Assembly (NCBI RefSeq): GCF_006345805.1
Contig: NC_043000.1
Location: 91,140,001-91,204,000 of the forward strand
Direction: 5' to 3'
DNA: 64,000 bases
Source: Octopus sinensis
Lineage: Eukaryota
Both the position numbers and the translations under genes were made by a program. The notes under the pieces were generated by a model. The model saw nothing but the letters and a program-made list of their open reading frames with translations. It did no database searches and was not told where the DNA came from. This document shows, piece after piece, positions 1-13,498 of the stretch. The first letter of the stretch is position 1, and every line of letters begins with the position of its first letter.

Positions 1-259
1 AAATCCTCAATGAATCACTTCCTGGTGCGGCAAACTATCAGTGTTTAAAGCTTATTTTGACTGTTTCCGCTCATAAACCCACTCTGAAGTGGGAAAAAGC
101 GTGAATGATAATTCATTAGAGAAGGTAGTCCAGTTCCACTGAGCTACTGGCCACTTCTGGTAGTCAACATAGGATTATCACTTATCAGTGTTGATGAGGA
201 ATAGGGTAGACTTAGTAAATTGAACCCTCCCAAGGTATCCAGATTTTTCGTGCTCAGAA

Positions 260-565
260 TTTTTGTTTGCTCCTTCTCGAGCCATGCCTGGCTCATAAGG
301 GCCGGTTTCCCGGTTTCCTTGGTGTATAGGTTCCCCACCTGGACGGGACGCCGGTCCGTCGCAGGTGAGCTGCAAGATGCAGGAGGAAAGAGTGAGAGAA
401 AGTTATGGTGAACGAGTTATGGTGAATTTCGCCAATACCTTCTGCCGGAGCCGCGTGGAGCTTAGGTGTTTCGCTCATAAACACACACATTGCCCGGTCT
501 GAGATTAGAACCCGCGATCCATCGACCGTGAATCCGCTGTTCTAACCACTAGGCCATGTGCCTCC
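260..565 (-). mobile_element. tRNA-headed SINE (working family D) with V-domain-like 3' part
   Basis: The minus strand starts GGAGGCACATGGCCTAGTGGTTAGAACAGCGG...GGTTCTAATCTC (A/B-box-like). The body CACCTAAGCTCCACGCGGCTCCGGCAG is shared with 12847-13016. It then has ACCTGCGACGGACCGGCGTCCCGTCCAGG (resembles the V-SINE domain) and an ACAA-like tail. Confidence 0.75.
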
Positions 566-850
566 ATACCGAGCTCAGAATGGTTTTCCTTGACACATTG
601 TTGACAAGGTGGTGGTTTAGCTCTGCTGCCATTGTGGCTGTCGTTCTTCAATACTTTCAGTCACCATCTTGTACTACGTCTCTGTGAGTTTTGCCTACCG
701 TGCAGAATTACACTGACCTAATGTGGTTTAACTTCGTTTTGGAATGCCAACATGATTTCAGAGATTAGTTTTCGAAATATTAAGAAATTCAGTAGTTGTA
801 GTAAGTGAAGCTTCAGTCGTCTGCGCTCCGACAATTTGTCATCTTCGGTC

Positions 851-975
851 GGCGAGGTCGACTTTGCCCTTCATCCGTTCAGGGTCGATAAATTAAGTAC
901 CAGTTGCTTACTGGAGTCGATCTAATCGACTGCTCTTCCCACAAAATTTCCGGCCTTGTGTCTAGAGTAGAAAAG
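851..975 (+). mobile_element. SINE family B, 5'-truncated
   Basis: GAGGTCGACTTTGCCCTTCATCCGTTCAGGGTCGATAAATTAAGTACCAG...GTCGATCTAATCGAC matches more than 10 other copies in the window. Confidence 0.75.
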
Positions 976-1171
976 AAAAGAATTTGTCCTCTTCAGAAAT
1001 GAGATATATTATGGATTGTAATAATATTGCCAATACTATAAATGAAAGAAAAGAAGCAGAGCCTGTAACATGACGCACAAGGCAAATATACCAACATAGT
1101 GCATATGTATACATATATACAGACAAGAACAACATTGAATTTGTTATATTGTCAACGGAAAAAATACATAG

Positions 1172-1356
<185 letters not shown>

Positions 1357-1378
1357 GCAACATATATGTTTCTAGCTA

Positions 1379-1941
1379 TTGGGTTGTCCGGAAAGTTAGT
1401 GCCGATTTATAGTAGCTTACCTTTCGACTTATTTTAGAACATGGTTGAGTCCATAAAATAGGATTTTACTACACCTCCATATAGAGCACAGTTTAAGCTA
1501 TCTTTTCTGAAAGAAGATTTATGTTCATGTAACGTGTTAATTCTGTAACCCTTTAAAATGGAAGATAAGAAAGTTCATTTTCGGCACTCGATGCTTTGGG
1601 AACCAGACAAAAATTGTTGCCGCTCGGCTGGGATGTATTACTCCATCCTCCATATTCACCAGATATTGCTCCTTCGGATTTCCACTTATTCAGGTCTCTG
1701 CAGAATAGTCTTAATGGTAACAATTTCAATTCCTTGGATGACGTAAAAAGATACCCTGATGAATTCTTTGCTATGAAACCACCTCAATTCTGGGAAGAGG
1801 GTATTTTCAAGTTAAAGGAAAGATGGAGACGCAATGTGCAACAAAATGGTTCATATTTGGTTGATTAAAAATGTAATGGCAAATATTTATTGACCTTTTT
1901 CTTGCCTTTAAAAATCGGCACGAACTTTCCGGACAACCCAA
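1379..1941 (+). mobile_element. Internally deleted mariner DNA transposon (563 bp, both TIRs, TA TSD)
   Basis: 30-bp TIRs TTGGGTTGTCCGGAAAGTT(A/C)GTGCCGATTT at 1379-1408 and 1912-1941 (1 mismatch), flanked by TA at 1377-78 and 1942-43. Transposase remnants lie inside. Confidence 0.92.
1558..1868 (+). pseudogene. Mariner transposase remnant (N-terminus fused out of frame to C-terminus)
   Basis: MEDKKVHFRHSMLWE (mariner N-terminus) is joined to ...LGWDVLLHPPYSPDIAPSDFHLFRSLQNSL..., the YSPDLAP(S)D motif with the third catalytic Asp. Confidence 0.9.
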
Positions 1942-2034
1942 TATATCCATCAGTCTCTATATGTATGTTTATGCGTATCCATCATTACCTCCCTCCGTCT
2001 ATCTGTCTGACTTTCTCTCTCCCTCTCTCTCTTT

Positions 2035-2080
<46 letters not shown>

Positions 2081-2916
2081 TTCTGTCTCTGTCATTCTGC
2101 GTGTTGTCAGTTGGTATTTATCCACTTAGCTGTGAACAATAATCGGCAAATGCCATTAATTGCTATTTATTTTTGTTGGTCAAAAACTTTCATTTCAAGA
2201 GCTAATTTTATATATAGGATTTAAAATTTGGGTGATTTATCTCTAGTTAAATTTTTATGCTCTGCACTTTCTTATTAGAACTTCTAAATTTTACCAAAAC
2301 TTGCTCTCTTTCCCTTCTGTTTATGTTTATTTTAACCCACTTCTACTATACTCTTATTATTTATGAAAACTTTTATTTTACCTAACGCCGATTTAAGGAG
2401 CTATTATCGGCGAAACATCGAAGGCAGCCATCAGCACTGATACACACACAAAGAAACACGCACTCATACACACACACATGCACGCAAATATAGACAGATA
2501 TAAGCACCACAACACATCAAAATATATTGGAGAATATGCGTGCAAAATCAATTATGTGTGGTGTGTGTGTGTGTGTGTGTATCTTATTTTGTCAAGGGTC
2601 ACTTTTGTGTTTGTCTATATCAGTTTCAAGTTTGACACTAACTACCTACCAGGGTCAGGTCTCTGAAAATTCAGTTTATCCTCTGACCATGTTTTGCTTT
2701 TTAAATGTCCATCTTGAAACGTTCAGACAGATGTTTTTTCATTGGGTGAAACGATCCAATTGAAAATAGAATCAATAAGCGTCTGCTATTGTTGTGTTTC
2801 TGATGTTTATCAGATAAATTACAACACAAAGCAAAGGAGATAAGCTATGCATACATAATAGATATACACATACATATATGTATATGCGTGTGTGTATATA
2901 TAGATGTGCGTGTGTT

Positions 2917-2998
<82 letters not shown>

Positions 2999-3282
2999 GC
3001 ACATATATTTGTGGTGTGTGTATATAAGTGTTTACATAAATAAATTCATCGAATCAAATCTAGAACAACGTACATATACTGGCGTAGTGTAGACGAGATA
3101 TTCGAAAGATGACGGTATAATAGCTACAGTAACTGGCAATTTTATCAAGGCTGTACATTCGAAGTGATAACTTTCTCAACCGTTGTTTAGATGGAAAAAC
3201 TGAGATAGAAAACCATATGTAACAATATTTTAAGGGTTATATATCAAAAATATATTTATACATGCATAAGTACATATACACA

Positions 3283-3391
<109 letters not shown>

Positions 3392-3504
3392 CTTTCTTTC
3401 TGTCTGTCTGTCCGTCCGTCCGTCTGTTTGTGTGTATGTCTGTTTCCAATACGTTATTGATGCATTTTCCACCTTCTGGTCTATATTAATTCTAAATCTG
3501 TATA

Positions 3505-4015
3505 CCGTAAATCCTCGAGTATAGTCCGCCCTTGAGTATAATATGCAGGGGATTTTTAGGGTGCTGTACTTCTGAAAAACCTAAGCCTTGTGTATAATAC
3601 GCACCCCTTCTCTAACTTGAGTCAAGGAGGTTTATATAACGTCCTTGGTTTGTAAAAGTGTATACGGTAACGTCCTTTATTATTATTGTATATATAACAT
3701 AATGCAAACGTGTAGCTTTTTTGCGCATTTTGTTTGCAGAAAATAAAGAAATAACAGTAATAACGTTTAATAAATGTTGCTTTCTGCAAGTTATGGTTGA
3801 TCCTTTTATGACTTCATTACTTTCAGGCTTAGCTTAAGGAATTTTCGCGCTCTACATCACAAAATGCGTCTGAATAAACATAGACAGACAGCAAATAGAA
3901 ACTCGGACATTGCTTAGAAAATAATTTTCATTTTTAACCTCGTATGTAGTACACACTAGGGATTTTGACCTTTAAATTTTGGGAGAAAATGCGGATTATA
4001 CTCGAGGATTTACGG
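3505..4015. mobile_element. Non-autonomous Tc1/mariner-superfamily MITE (Tc2/pogo-like CCGTA termini)
   Basis: 25-bp TIR CCGTAAATCCTCGAGTATA(G/A)TCCGC at 3505-3529 and 3991-4015, TA on both sides, and subterminal GTATAATA(C/T)GCA repeats. Confidence 0.85.
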
Positions 4016-5511
4016 TACACTATTAAACGATATATTTGCAAACTCCAACCCACGATAATAAAAAACTAAAACTAAGCAAATTCTAAGAACAATCGAACCA
4101 ATTATCTACTATTTCCCAACTTGATCTGATTTACTTCACAATCTATTCTTTCATCATCGTCGAAAGTATGCACTTTCTTTAAAATTTTAATCCGTTCAAA
4201 GATTGTCTTGTTCCTCTGATTCTGAACATAGCAGGATGTCTCATTTTGATCCAACATTTAGATGAAAATTACAGACATGAGTAAAACATACATAAAGGTT
4301 GGTAACTGTTCGTGATGTCCCAACTCAAGCTACGTATAATTATATGATTGGTCAGATTGTACAAATATATTTACAATTCTCAGTAATAATTTTCTCTAGT
4401 CTTATTAACCGTTCAATAAATCAAATCGGAATCTATTGAACCGTACGGATGTGTATAAGTGACTTTTATATACGTGTATACACTTATGAACTACTACAAT
4501 TACAATCAATATAGTAGTTGATATGACAATGCTTTTGTCTACTTATTACGAATACTAATGATTACTTATGACTGTTATGCGAACTCTGAAGGTTTGACAA
4601 TGCAATCAGATTATAATATTTCCTTACTTAACTGCTATTTGTTCATTGTTAGCGGAGCGTGAGTTAGATGATTAAAGAAATATTATATAAAGAAACTTCC
4701 CAGCTTCTTTTACTACGTGTGTATGTATGTATGTATGTATGTATGTATGTATGTATGCATGTATGTGTGTGTGTATGCATTTCTCTCTCTCTCTCTTTCT
4801 ATCTATCGATATTTCATATGTATTTATGTGCATATACATATAAGCTCATAACCTCATAACACTTTGCAGTACAACTTTTGTTCTCGTAAGGGATATCCAT
4901 TATTAATTGTTTTTAATTGTTTCTGTTTTATACAAACGAATTAGCTTTTATCAAGAAAGTCCTTGATGAAAGAAATTTCAGCCATGACCATCGCTCCTGT
5001 TTCTCAGTTACAGAATACGGCTTTATTACCTTATCTGGCGTGCCTTTTTATAAGCTGGCTAAGTGTAATTTGAGAGACAAATAGCTATTATTTCTAGTTA
5101 GTCGCTGAAACCCTAAAACGCTTGCTTGTTGTCTCGATAACGTGGCTCTGTCTGGTGTGTGTCGGACGTGTAAGAATCCCTACCTCTCTATGTATTTGTG
5201 GACCATTGTTTGTTCACATATGTGGATAAAGGAGTTATAGATGAGCTACTTCAAGTTTCATGCTCGAATAATGCAGTAATCGGACGGGCTTGTACAATAT
5301 ATGATCCGGCATTCATTAAATGATAATTATGTTTGACTGAACTGAACGTTTTTTAGTGATTCTATCTACACATACATGCTCACAGACCCACACGCACATA
5401 CAGATATACGCACACACATACATATATGTATTCCCACACACACACATATATATATATATACATATACACACACACACATATACATATATACATATACATA
5501 AATTCCCCCAC

Positions 5512-5550
<39 letters not shown>

Positions 5551-6345
5551 AATGTATGTACGTATGTGTGTATGTATGGTTGAGTGTGGGCGATTATATA
5601 TGAGCATATACGTCTGTCTGTTTCTCACTATCTCTGTGAGAATACATATGCATGTTTATATGTGTGCTTGTATATACAGGTATATGTCTTTATGCGTGTA
5701 TGTGTATGTGTGTGTGTGTGTGTCTGTCCTTATGCGTGTTTTTGTAATGTGTATGAGTGTGTGAATATGTATGCGTGTTTGACATTTACATGTTTGATTG
5801 ATTACTTGTTTTCATTGGTCAGATGATTAGAACGTTGTCTGGTTGGTTAATGTCTCAAAAATGGAAACCAAGCGGCAACATGTGAGAATGTAACCCACTA
5901 ACCACTCTCTCCACCGAAACATGTCATCGTTAAATAAGACATATTTGATAGTCAGTACGCACCAATTACTTCTCTAACAGAGTGTCAATTAGATATTATT
6001 TTTGTTATTATTGTTGCTGTCTTTGTTAATTGTATTTATTTATTTAATATTTTAATCATTTATGTCTTTTTATGTATCTTGTATTCTTTTCTGTTTTCAT
6101 TTATCAAAGATATCTGTGCTATACAGACACTGTGTTCTAACATCTAGTTTCACAATATTTTCTCCATCGCCTCAATTCCCACATTCCATATCTCTTATGA
6201 AGGCGTTATCATATCGCCAGCATTATCACAGTCCTGCAGAAAGGATGCTTGTTCGTAGTTAATCGTCTTGCTAAAAATAGCAGCCATACCGCTAACAAAT
6301 TACACCCTACCGTCTCCAATTTAATAATATGACATTGATTTTTAA

Positions 6346-6560
6346 GGCGGCGAGCTACCAGAATCATTCGGCCCAGGGCAAAATGCTCAGCGGCATTTCA
6401 TCCGTATTTACGTTCTGAGTTCAAATTCCACCGAGGTCGACTTTATCTTTCATCCTTTCGGAGACGATAAAATAAGTAGCAGTTGAGCTGTGGGGTCGAT
6501 TTAATCGACTTACACACTTCCCTAATTCTGTTGGGCTTGTGTCAAAATTTGAAACCAATA
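6346..6560 (+). mobile_element. SINE family B, full length, GGCCTTGTG...GAAACCAAT tail variant
   Basis: Head GGCGGCGAGCTACCAGAATC, B-box-like GAGTTCAAATTCC, and conserved body. Confidence 0.8.
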
Positions 6561-6924
6561 TAACATTGATGCTTATGATTTTAGTAAAACTGTATATTAG
6601 ACGGGATGGTTATGACCGGCATGTCACATGTTATAAGTATGTTGCATCAGGGCTAATGTGAAAGTCCATCAACAACAACACTGACAAGTAATCGACAACT
6701 TGCATTGACAACCGAAACAACCGTGGGATCTTTCTAGTTACCAAATTCTCCCAAATCACCGTCTTCTATCTGAAAAAGAAGAGACTGGATACAATTGTCA
6801 AAAATATACAAAGCAACGTAATATTCACCGTTGCTGATTATAGCTCTACTCAATCGTAACTGATCTGAGGTTAAATAATTGCGACAGCGCCTTAAACATT
6901 AATATCTTTAACCAGCAACTATGG

Positions 6925-7405
6925 TTTCTGATCTGGACACAAACCTAGCAATTTTCAATTAATGGTGTTAGTTGTTACCATCGACCACGACTAGTATTTT
7001 ACCTTATGACTACGGAAATATGAAAGGCAACGTTGATCTTAGTGGAAGATGAACTCCGAACGTCAAGTGACGGTAGTAATATCACTAGTCATTTTTTCAG
7101 TGCTCAAACAATTCTGCTATCTCGACACCAAGTAGCAGTACTTGTAATCAACTGCAAATCATCCGTGTCCCCTAGCATTTATTACATTAGCTGATTGAAC
7201 AGGCCTATGATCAAATGTTGGCTCCTGATTTAGGTGCAAGGCTAGTAACTTTGAGGGAAGTGGATTAGTCGTATTATTTCATTGACCCCTGTAGGAATGA
7301 AAGGCAAAGTCGAACCCAGCGTGATATGAACTCAGAACGCAAATAGTCGGAAGAAGTACTCCAAGGCATTTTTCTGATACTCTACTGACCCTGCTTGCTT
7401 CTTGC
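6925..7405 (-). mobile_element. Two degenerate SINE family B copies (about 6925-7130 and 7235-7405)
   Basis: GAAAGGCAAAGTCGAAC...GAACTCAGAACG and GAAAGGCAACGTTGATC...GAACTCCGAACG are reverse complements of the family B body. Confidence 0.6.
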
Positions 7406-8164
7406 CTTATAGCATCACTTTTGATTAGCAACCACTGCATCCATTAGCAGTACTACATACATAGGCACTAACTGAGCAGACCTATGATCAAATGTTGAGC
7501 GGCCGTGAGCAGCTCATCGTATTTTTAGTAATTATATGTCTACTATTAGATTCTTCGAAGTTTCTTTCCTTTTATTAGTATTTTGAAACTTATACTAAAA
7601 TATGAAAAGGCCATGGTTGGAGCGTTGCTGATAAGATCAAGGAAAACAGTAGTAATAACAACAGCAACAATAGTGTGCGTAACACCTGAAATCCGATATT
7701 CAGTCACCCAAACACATACAAACAGATCTAATACGCTGTCGAAAGAGCAGTCTTGATTAATAAAGAAAGCATTTAGGCAAGACATCAAGACAGCATGGGA
7801 GAAAGACGGATCAAATTTTCTTGAAAGCACATTCGACATACTTAAACAAAATAAAAGGGCATATTGAAAAGTGTAACCATTGATATATTACTATTAAGAA
7901 CAACGTGGCATGGTCACGACTGGTACACATTTGATCATAGATCTGCGCTCAACAAGGGTTTATCCTGGTCTAAACTAGATAAGAACACAGTATTATCGCT
8001 TCCGACAATTGATATCAAGGCTACTGCCATTATTATTACCACGATAAGGAAGACTATTACCGCCTACAGCAGAACCAGAACCAGCACCACCTCTATGTCC
8101 GCCAACACAAACACGACCACTATGATCACCGCTACCAACACAACACACGACCATCATTGAAATC

Positions 8165-8487
8165 TGGCATTCCGTCGGCTACGACGACGATGCATCCAGT
8201 TGATCTGATCAAAGGAACGGCTTGTTCGTGACATTAACGTGCAAGTGGCTGAGCACTCCACGGTCACGCGTACCCTTAACTTAATTCTCAGAGAGATTCA
8301 GTGTGAAACAAAATATGACAAGACCGGTCCTTTGAATAACAGGTACTACTAATTTTTGCCAGCTGAGTGAACTGGAGCAACGGAGTATAAAGTGTCTTGC
8401 TCAAGGACACAAGGTGCCGCAGGGAATCGAACTCATGTCTTTACGATCGTGAGCCAAATGCTCAAACCACTAAACGACGCACCTTCC
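8165..8487 (-). mobile_element. tRNA-headed SINE with CORE-like segment and a distinct 3' tail
   Basis: Minus strand has a head with GAGTTCGATTCCC, then GTGTCCTTGAGCAAGACACTT (CORE-like), then GTGCTCAGCCACTTGCACGTTAAT...CAACTGGATGCATCGTCGTCGTAGCCGACGG. Confidence 0.7.
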
Positions 8488-8508
8488 CTTACCATCACTA
8501 CTAATACC

Positions 8509-8713
8509 TATTTCTTTACTACCCACAAGGGAAGGACAGACAAACGGATTAAGTCGATTATATCGACCCCAGTGCGTAACTGGTACATATTTAATCGACC
8601 CCGAAGGGATGAAAGGCAAAGTCGACCTCGACGGAATTTGAACTCAGAACGTAACGGCAGACGAAATACGGCAACGCATTTCGCCCGGCGTGCTAACGTT
8701 TCTGCCAATTGGC
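8509..8713 (-). mobile_element. SINE family B, GTGGGTAGTAAAGAAATA tail variant
   Basis: Near-full match to 13499-13729, 44987-45195 and 58023-58253. Confidence 0.85.
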
Positions 8714-9189
8714 AATCACTACTAATACCGCCAGAGAAAAAGTACCACTGCTGTCAGCACCAAAAACACTACATCCACCATCATCACCAATACCAGAATC
8801 TTCACTAACATCCTCACCACCACGGCCACCATGCTCTGTTGTTTAGTCAGGTCAGGTCAGTTAGTCGGTGGTACCAGTGCTGTGTTAGTTGATTTTTCCA
8901 ATCGAGATTGCAATACACAGTCATCATTGATTAATTAATTCTTTGGACATCTGCTTAACGAGCCAAACAGTATAGGACGGATATTCCTTCCACTTGACTA
9001 AAGCCTCACATACTAACTCTAACTCGCTCTCTTTATTTCTCTATTTATCTAACACTCTTCTTCGGTTTACTGCTCTATCGCTTTTTAGTTCTTTACTTTG
9101 TTTAGCCATAACGTTTAAGACCAGGTTGGGGCAGTCTTCCTCTCACTCTTTGTTGTCTGTCTCTGTCTCTCTCTCTTTCTAACTATATA

Positions 9190-9232
9190 TCGATCTATCT
9201 ACCTGTCTATCCCCCTATCTATCTATCCATCC

Positions 9233-9303
<71 letters not shown>

Positions 9304-9409
9304 AATCGATATGTGTGTCTGTCTGCCTATCTACCCTTGTGTCTGTCTGTCTGTCTGTGATTATGTGTCTGTTCCTCTCTCTATCTCTCTCTCTCTCTAT
9401 CTATATGTA

Positions 9410-9443
<34 letters not shown>

Positions 9444-9467
9444 TCTATATGTCTGTTTGTCTGTCTG

Positions 9468-9540
<73 letters not shown>

Positions 9541-9627
9541 TTATATGTTTGTCTGTATGCCTATCTACCTCTGTTTCTGTCTGTCTGTGTTTACGTCTGT
9601 TCCACCCTTTCTATCTATCTATCTATC

Positions 9628-9687
<60 letters not shown>

Positions 9688-9775
9688 CTATCTATCTATC
9701 TATCCCCCTATCTATCTATCTATATAGCTATCTATCCTATTCTATTCTATTCTATCTAGTTTTACTGTCTGTCTA
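9190..9775. repeat. Compound (TCTA)n/(TCTG)n microsatellite
   Basis: Direct reading. Confidence 0.9.
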
Positions 9776-10479
9776 TTTTTCTGTCAGCCTATCCATCCGT
9801 CTTTACACTGCAATGTTTAGTCATGTTATAGGAGATACAAACATGTGAGGGCTAGAAAACTGGTAGAAAAAAATGACAGAATGAATGCAAAAGCATGAGA
9901 GCAAAGGAGCAGGTTCATTGAAAGGTTACATAACGAGAGTTGGGAGGCGGTGGAAGTGGTGGTGTTGGTGGTGGTGGAAGTGGTGGTGGTGTTGATTGTG
10001 GTAGTACGTTTGAAAGGAGGACGGCTTGGTACGTGAAAGGAAAGTGGTAGAGAGATGCTAGAGAAAGAGATCGGGACATCTTGAGATGGAAATAAGATGG
10101 CGACAATAGTACAGAGGTATGCTATGAGCAACATGCCATTGAATTGGAGCAACAATTAAAACAACAAATACTGCGTCAATAATAATAAAAATTCTACTTA
10201 AAAATGTAAAATAGAAGGAAGAGACAAGACAAAAAAATTGCCTTTCGCTTTTGCTGTCATCAAATGACAAAAGCACATATTATAGAAATTTGCAAATAAT
10301 TTTATGTCTTTAAACAGATAAAGAAGAATATAATTGTCATTGAGAGGGAAGAAGGCAAAAACATGGCAATAAAAATAGAATTAGAAAAGAAAAAATTTAT
10401 AATGAAATGTAATTTCCAAAAATAATAGAATAATAAATATTAAAACAAAATTTTCACTGATTTCTTTCAATAATTGACT

Positions 10480-10723
10480 GGAAAGAGAGAGGAGGGAGAG
10501 AGATAAGGAGAGAAGGAGAGAGGGAGAGAGAGGAATATAGAGGGAGATAGACAGAGAAGAGTCGAGAGAGGAAATGCATAGAAGAAGAAACGGGGGTAAA
10601 GAGAGAAAGTAATATGAGAGAAAGGGGAGATATAGAGAGAGAAAGCCAGAGAGGAAAGAAATGTATAGAACTTGCAAGAGAGGAAAAGAAAGATAGTAAT
10701 ATAAGCGGGACAAAGCAGAGAGT

Positions 10724-10761
<38 letters not shown>

Positions 10762-10920
10762 AGAGAAAGAGAGAGAGAGGGAGAAAGCAAGAGAGGAAAG
10801 AAATACATAGAACTTTCACCAGAAGAAAAGAAAGATAGCAATATAAGAGAGAGTGAACAGAGAGATAGGAAGAGTGAGAGAGAGCTATGAAAGAGAGTAA
10901 GAAAATGGAATAGAGACATA
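10480..10920. repeat. AG-rich purine tract with degenerate higher-order units
   Basis: GAGAGGAAAGAAAT..ATAGAACTT...GAAAAGAAAGATAG.AATATAAG recurs at about 10645-10705 and 10790-10850, with a weaker copy near 10565. Confidence 0.7.
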
Positions 10921-11110
10921 AAGGTGGTGGTGATGGTGATGGTGATGGTTGTGCTGGTGGTGGTAGGGTGATTCTGAAAGTGAAATTAGGAATTAAAGAG
11001 ATAAGAAAGTTGGACTCAAACAGAAAGAGATTTCAGACATTGATAGAGAATCAATAACGTAGGAAGAGAGTGGGGAAGGTGAAGATGAGGGAAAAATACA
11101 GAGGAATCCG

Positions 11111-11148
<38 letters not shown>

Positions 11149-11375
11149 ACATGTGTGTATATGTGGGAGACAGAGCGAGAGATATGGACAAAGAAGAAGA
11201 AGAAGAAGAAAGAGAAGAAGGAAGGCATATCTAAATGGTACGTGTGCGTATCTGTAAATATGTCTGTAAACCTCATTCCCCCTACTCTCTTACTCTGCAT
11301 CACTTTTTTCTTTTTACCATCTCTCTCTCTCTTTTCTTTCTGTCTGTCTATTTCTCTCTCTCTCTCTCTCTCCCC

Positions 11376-11439
<64 letters not shown>

Positions 11440-11927
11440 ATATATATATATATAATATATACATATATATATACGTATGTATGTATGTATGTATGTATGA
11501 TGCATGTATATGTATATATATATGGATATATAAAGAGAGGGAGCAGGCAGGAACCGGGGAGAAATGGAGAGCAATGTCCCAATCAAGCAATGATACAAAA
11601 CTGAGCAGGAGATTGAGCGAAAATATATGAATATCCATAGATATCCATGTAAGCACATCAACACACAAAAACACACACACACAAACAAACCACACACACA
11701 ATCACGCACACACCAGACATATTCACACATACACACACACACAATATTCTACCAGAAAGACACTTCGTCTAGTTGTTAGGGGGGTTATTTTTTACGATTT
11801 GCAAGGCCATGGGTTCACTCCCTGAACCAGCGTATTTTTTCTTTGTGCGGGTCACCTAACTTCCCGACGTTGCTGCAGTCCACACAGCTGTAAATGAATA
11901 CTATTCAGTTGTTAGTGAAGCTACTGT

Positions 11928-12564
11928 CCTTCTTCTTCTCCTTCTCCTTCTTCTTCTTCTTCTTTTCTTCTTCTTCTTCTTCTTCTCTTCTTCTTCTTCT
12001 TCTTCTTCTTCTTCTTGCACTTCTTCTTCTTCTTTCTTCTTCTTCTTTTCTCCACTTTTCTTCTTCTTCCATTCTTCTTTTTCTTCTTTTCTTCTTTTCT
12101 TCTTCTTCTTCCACTTCTTCTTCTTCTTCTTTCTTCTTCTCTTCTTCCACTTCTTCTTCTTCTTCTTCTTCTTCCTTCTTCTTCTTCCACTTCTTCTTTT
12201 TCTTCTTTTTCTTCTTCTTCTTCTTCTCTCTTCTTCTTTTTCTCCACTTCTTCTTCTTCTTCTTCTTCCACTTATTTTCTTCTTCTTCTTCTTCTTCTTT
12301 TCTTCTTCTTCTTCTTCTTCTTCTTTTTCTCTTCTTCCACTTCTTTTTTCTCTTTTTTTCTTCTTCTTCCACTTCTTTTTCTTCTTTTCTTCTTCTTCTT
12401 CTCTTCTTCTTCTTCCTTCTTCCTCTCCTTCTCCTTTTCTTCATCCTCTGGTTCCACTCTTCTTCTTCTTCTTCTCTTCTTCTTCTGTCTTCTTCTCTTC
12501 TTTTTCTTCTTACTTCTTCTTCTTCCTTCTTCTTCTTCTTCTTCTTTCTTCTTCTTCTTCTTCC
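11928..12564. repeat. ~640-bp degenerate (TTC)n polypyrimidine tract
   Basis: Direct reading; recurrent TTCTTCCAC interruptions. Confidence 0.95.
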
Positions 12565-12846
12565 AATCAGGACTCACGCCCATTAGCCACAAAGAATAAT
12601 TCTAATTCGAGTGTATTCTAAGCTACTAAGAATGTGTGTGGCAACTTGAAGATCCACCCACCACACATGATAGGCTGGCGGTAACACGGGCGCGAAAGCT
12701 ACGTTGTTATCCTCTTTCCGTAAACGGTGGCTTTTAACGGGTGGAGAACTGAACCATCCTGGAGTACAGAGGATTCGCAATCTAGACTACGATCTGAAAG
12801 TTTACCACACCATAGTGGGTTATACCATGGTTCCTCTGCTTTGTTG

Positions 12847-13016
12847 CAGAAGTAGGAGGAAAGAGTGAGAGAAAGTTGTGGTGAAAGAGTACAGCAGGTT
12901 CACCACTCCTCCCTGCCGGAGCCTCGTGGAGCTTAGGTGTTTTGCTCAATAAACACTCCCAATGCCCTGTCTGGGAATCGAAACCGCTGCTCTAATCACT
13001 GGGCCATTGCGCCTCC
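12847..13016 (-). mobile_element. SINE family D head and body (truncated)
   Basis: Minus strand GGAGGCGCAATGGCCCAGTGATTAGAGCAGCGGTTTCGATTCCCAGAC...CACCTAAGCTCCACGAGGCTCCGGCAG, homologous to 371-565. Confidence 0.8.
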
Positions 13017-13498
13017 ACTGAAGCTGCTGTTGTCTATCCAGCCATCACATCCCGGATCAAGAGTGAGAAAGTCATGAGTTATGATTTTCATTTTATACAG
13101 GAAACTAAAACTATTAGCGAAAGCATGGTACATCTCATAAAATCATGTGACGGCTGCCGACACAAATATATTCTTCTAGTGCCGATTGTCGCTTAAGACC
13201 CACATTAAATCAACATAATCAAATAGTGTAGTGGGATGAAAGAAAATCGTTATTTTATGCCGAAAAGCACTATTTTATTAGTTAAAATAGACCATGTTGA
13301 GTCACACGCAAGTTATGATCATTCCAACTGGGAAAAGAAGCAGATTGCTTTAAAAGGATTCAAATTTGCTTTGTCTTGTAAGTGAGAAGTTTGAGAGAAA
13401 ACATTTTTACTGGACTTGATAGCAAACGTGTTGTACGTTTAATCTATGACTAGAATTTTCTCCTAGATTTGACAGACTTATATATCTGGAGAAAAGAA

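Noticed and set aside
2387-2420. GCCGAT/ATCGGC hairpin followed by GAAA
   Set aside because: No CUGANGA upstream.
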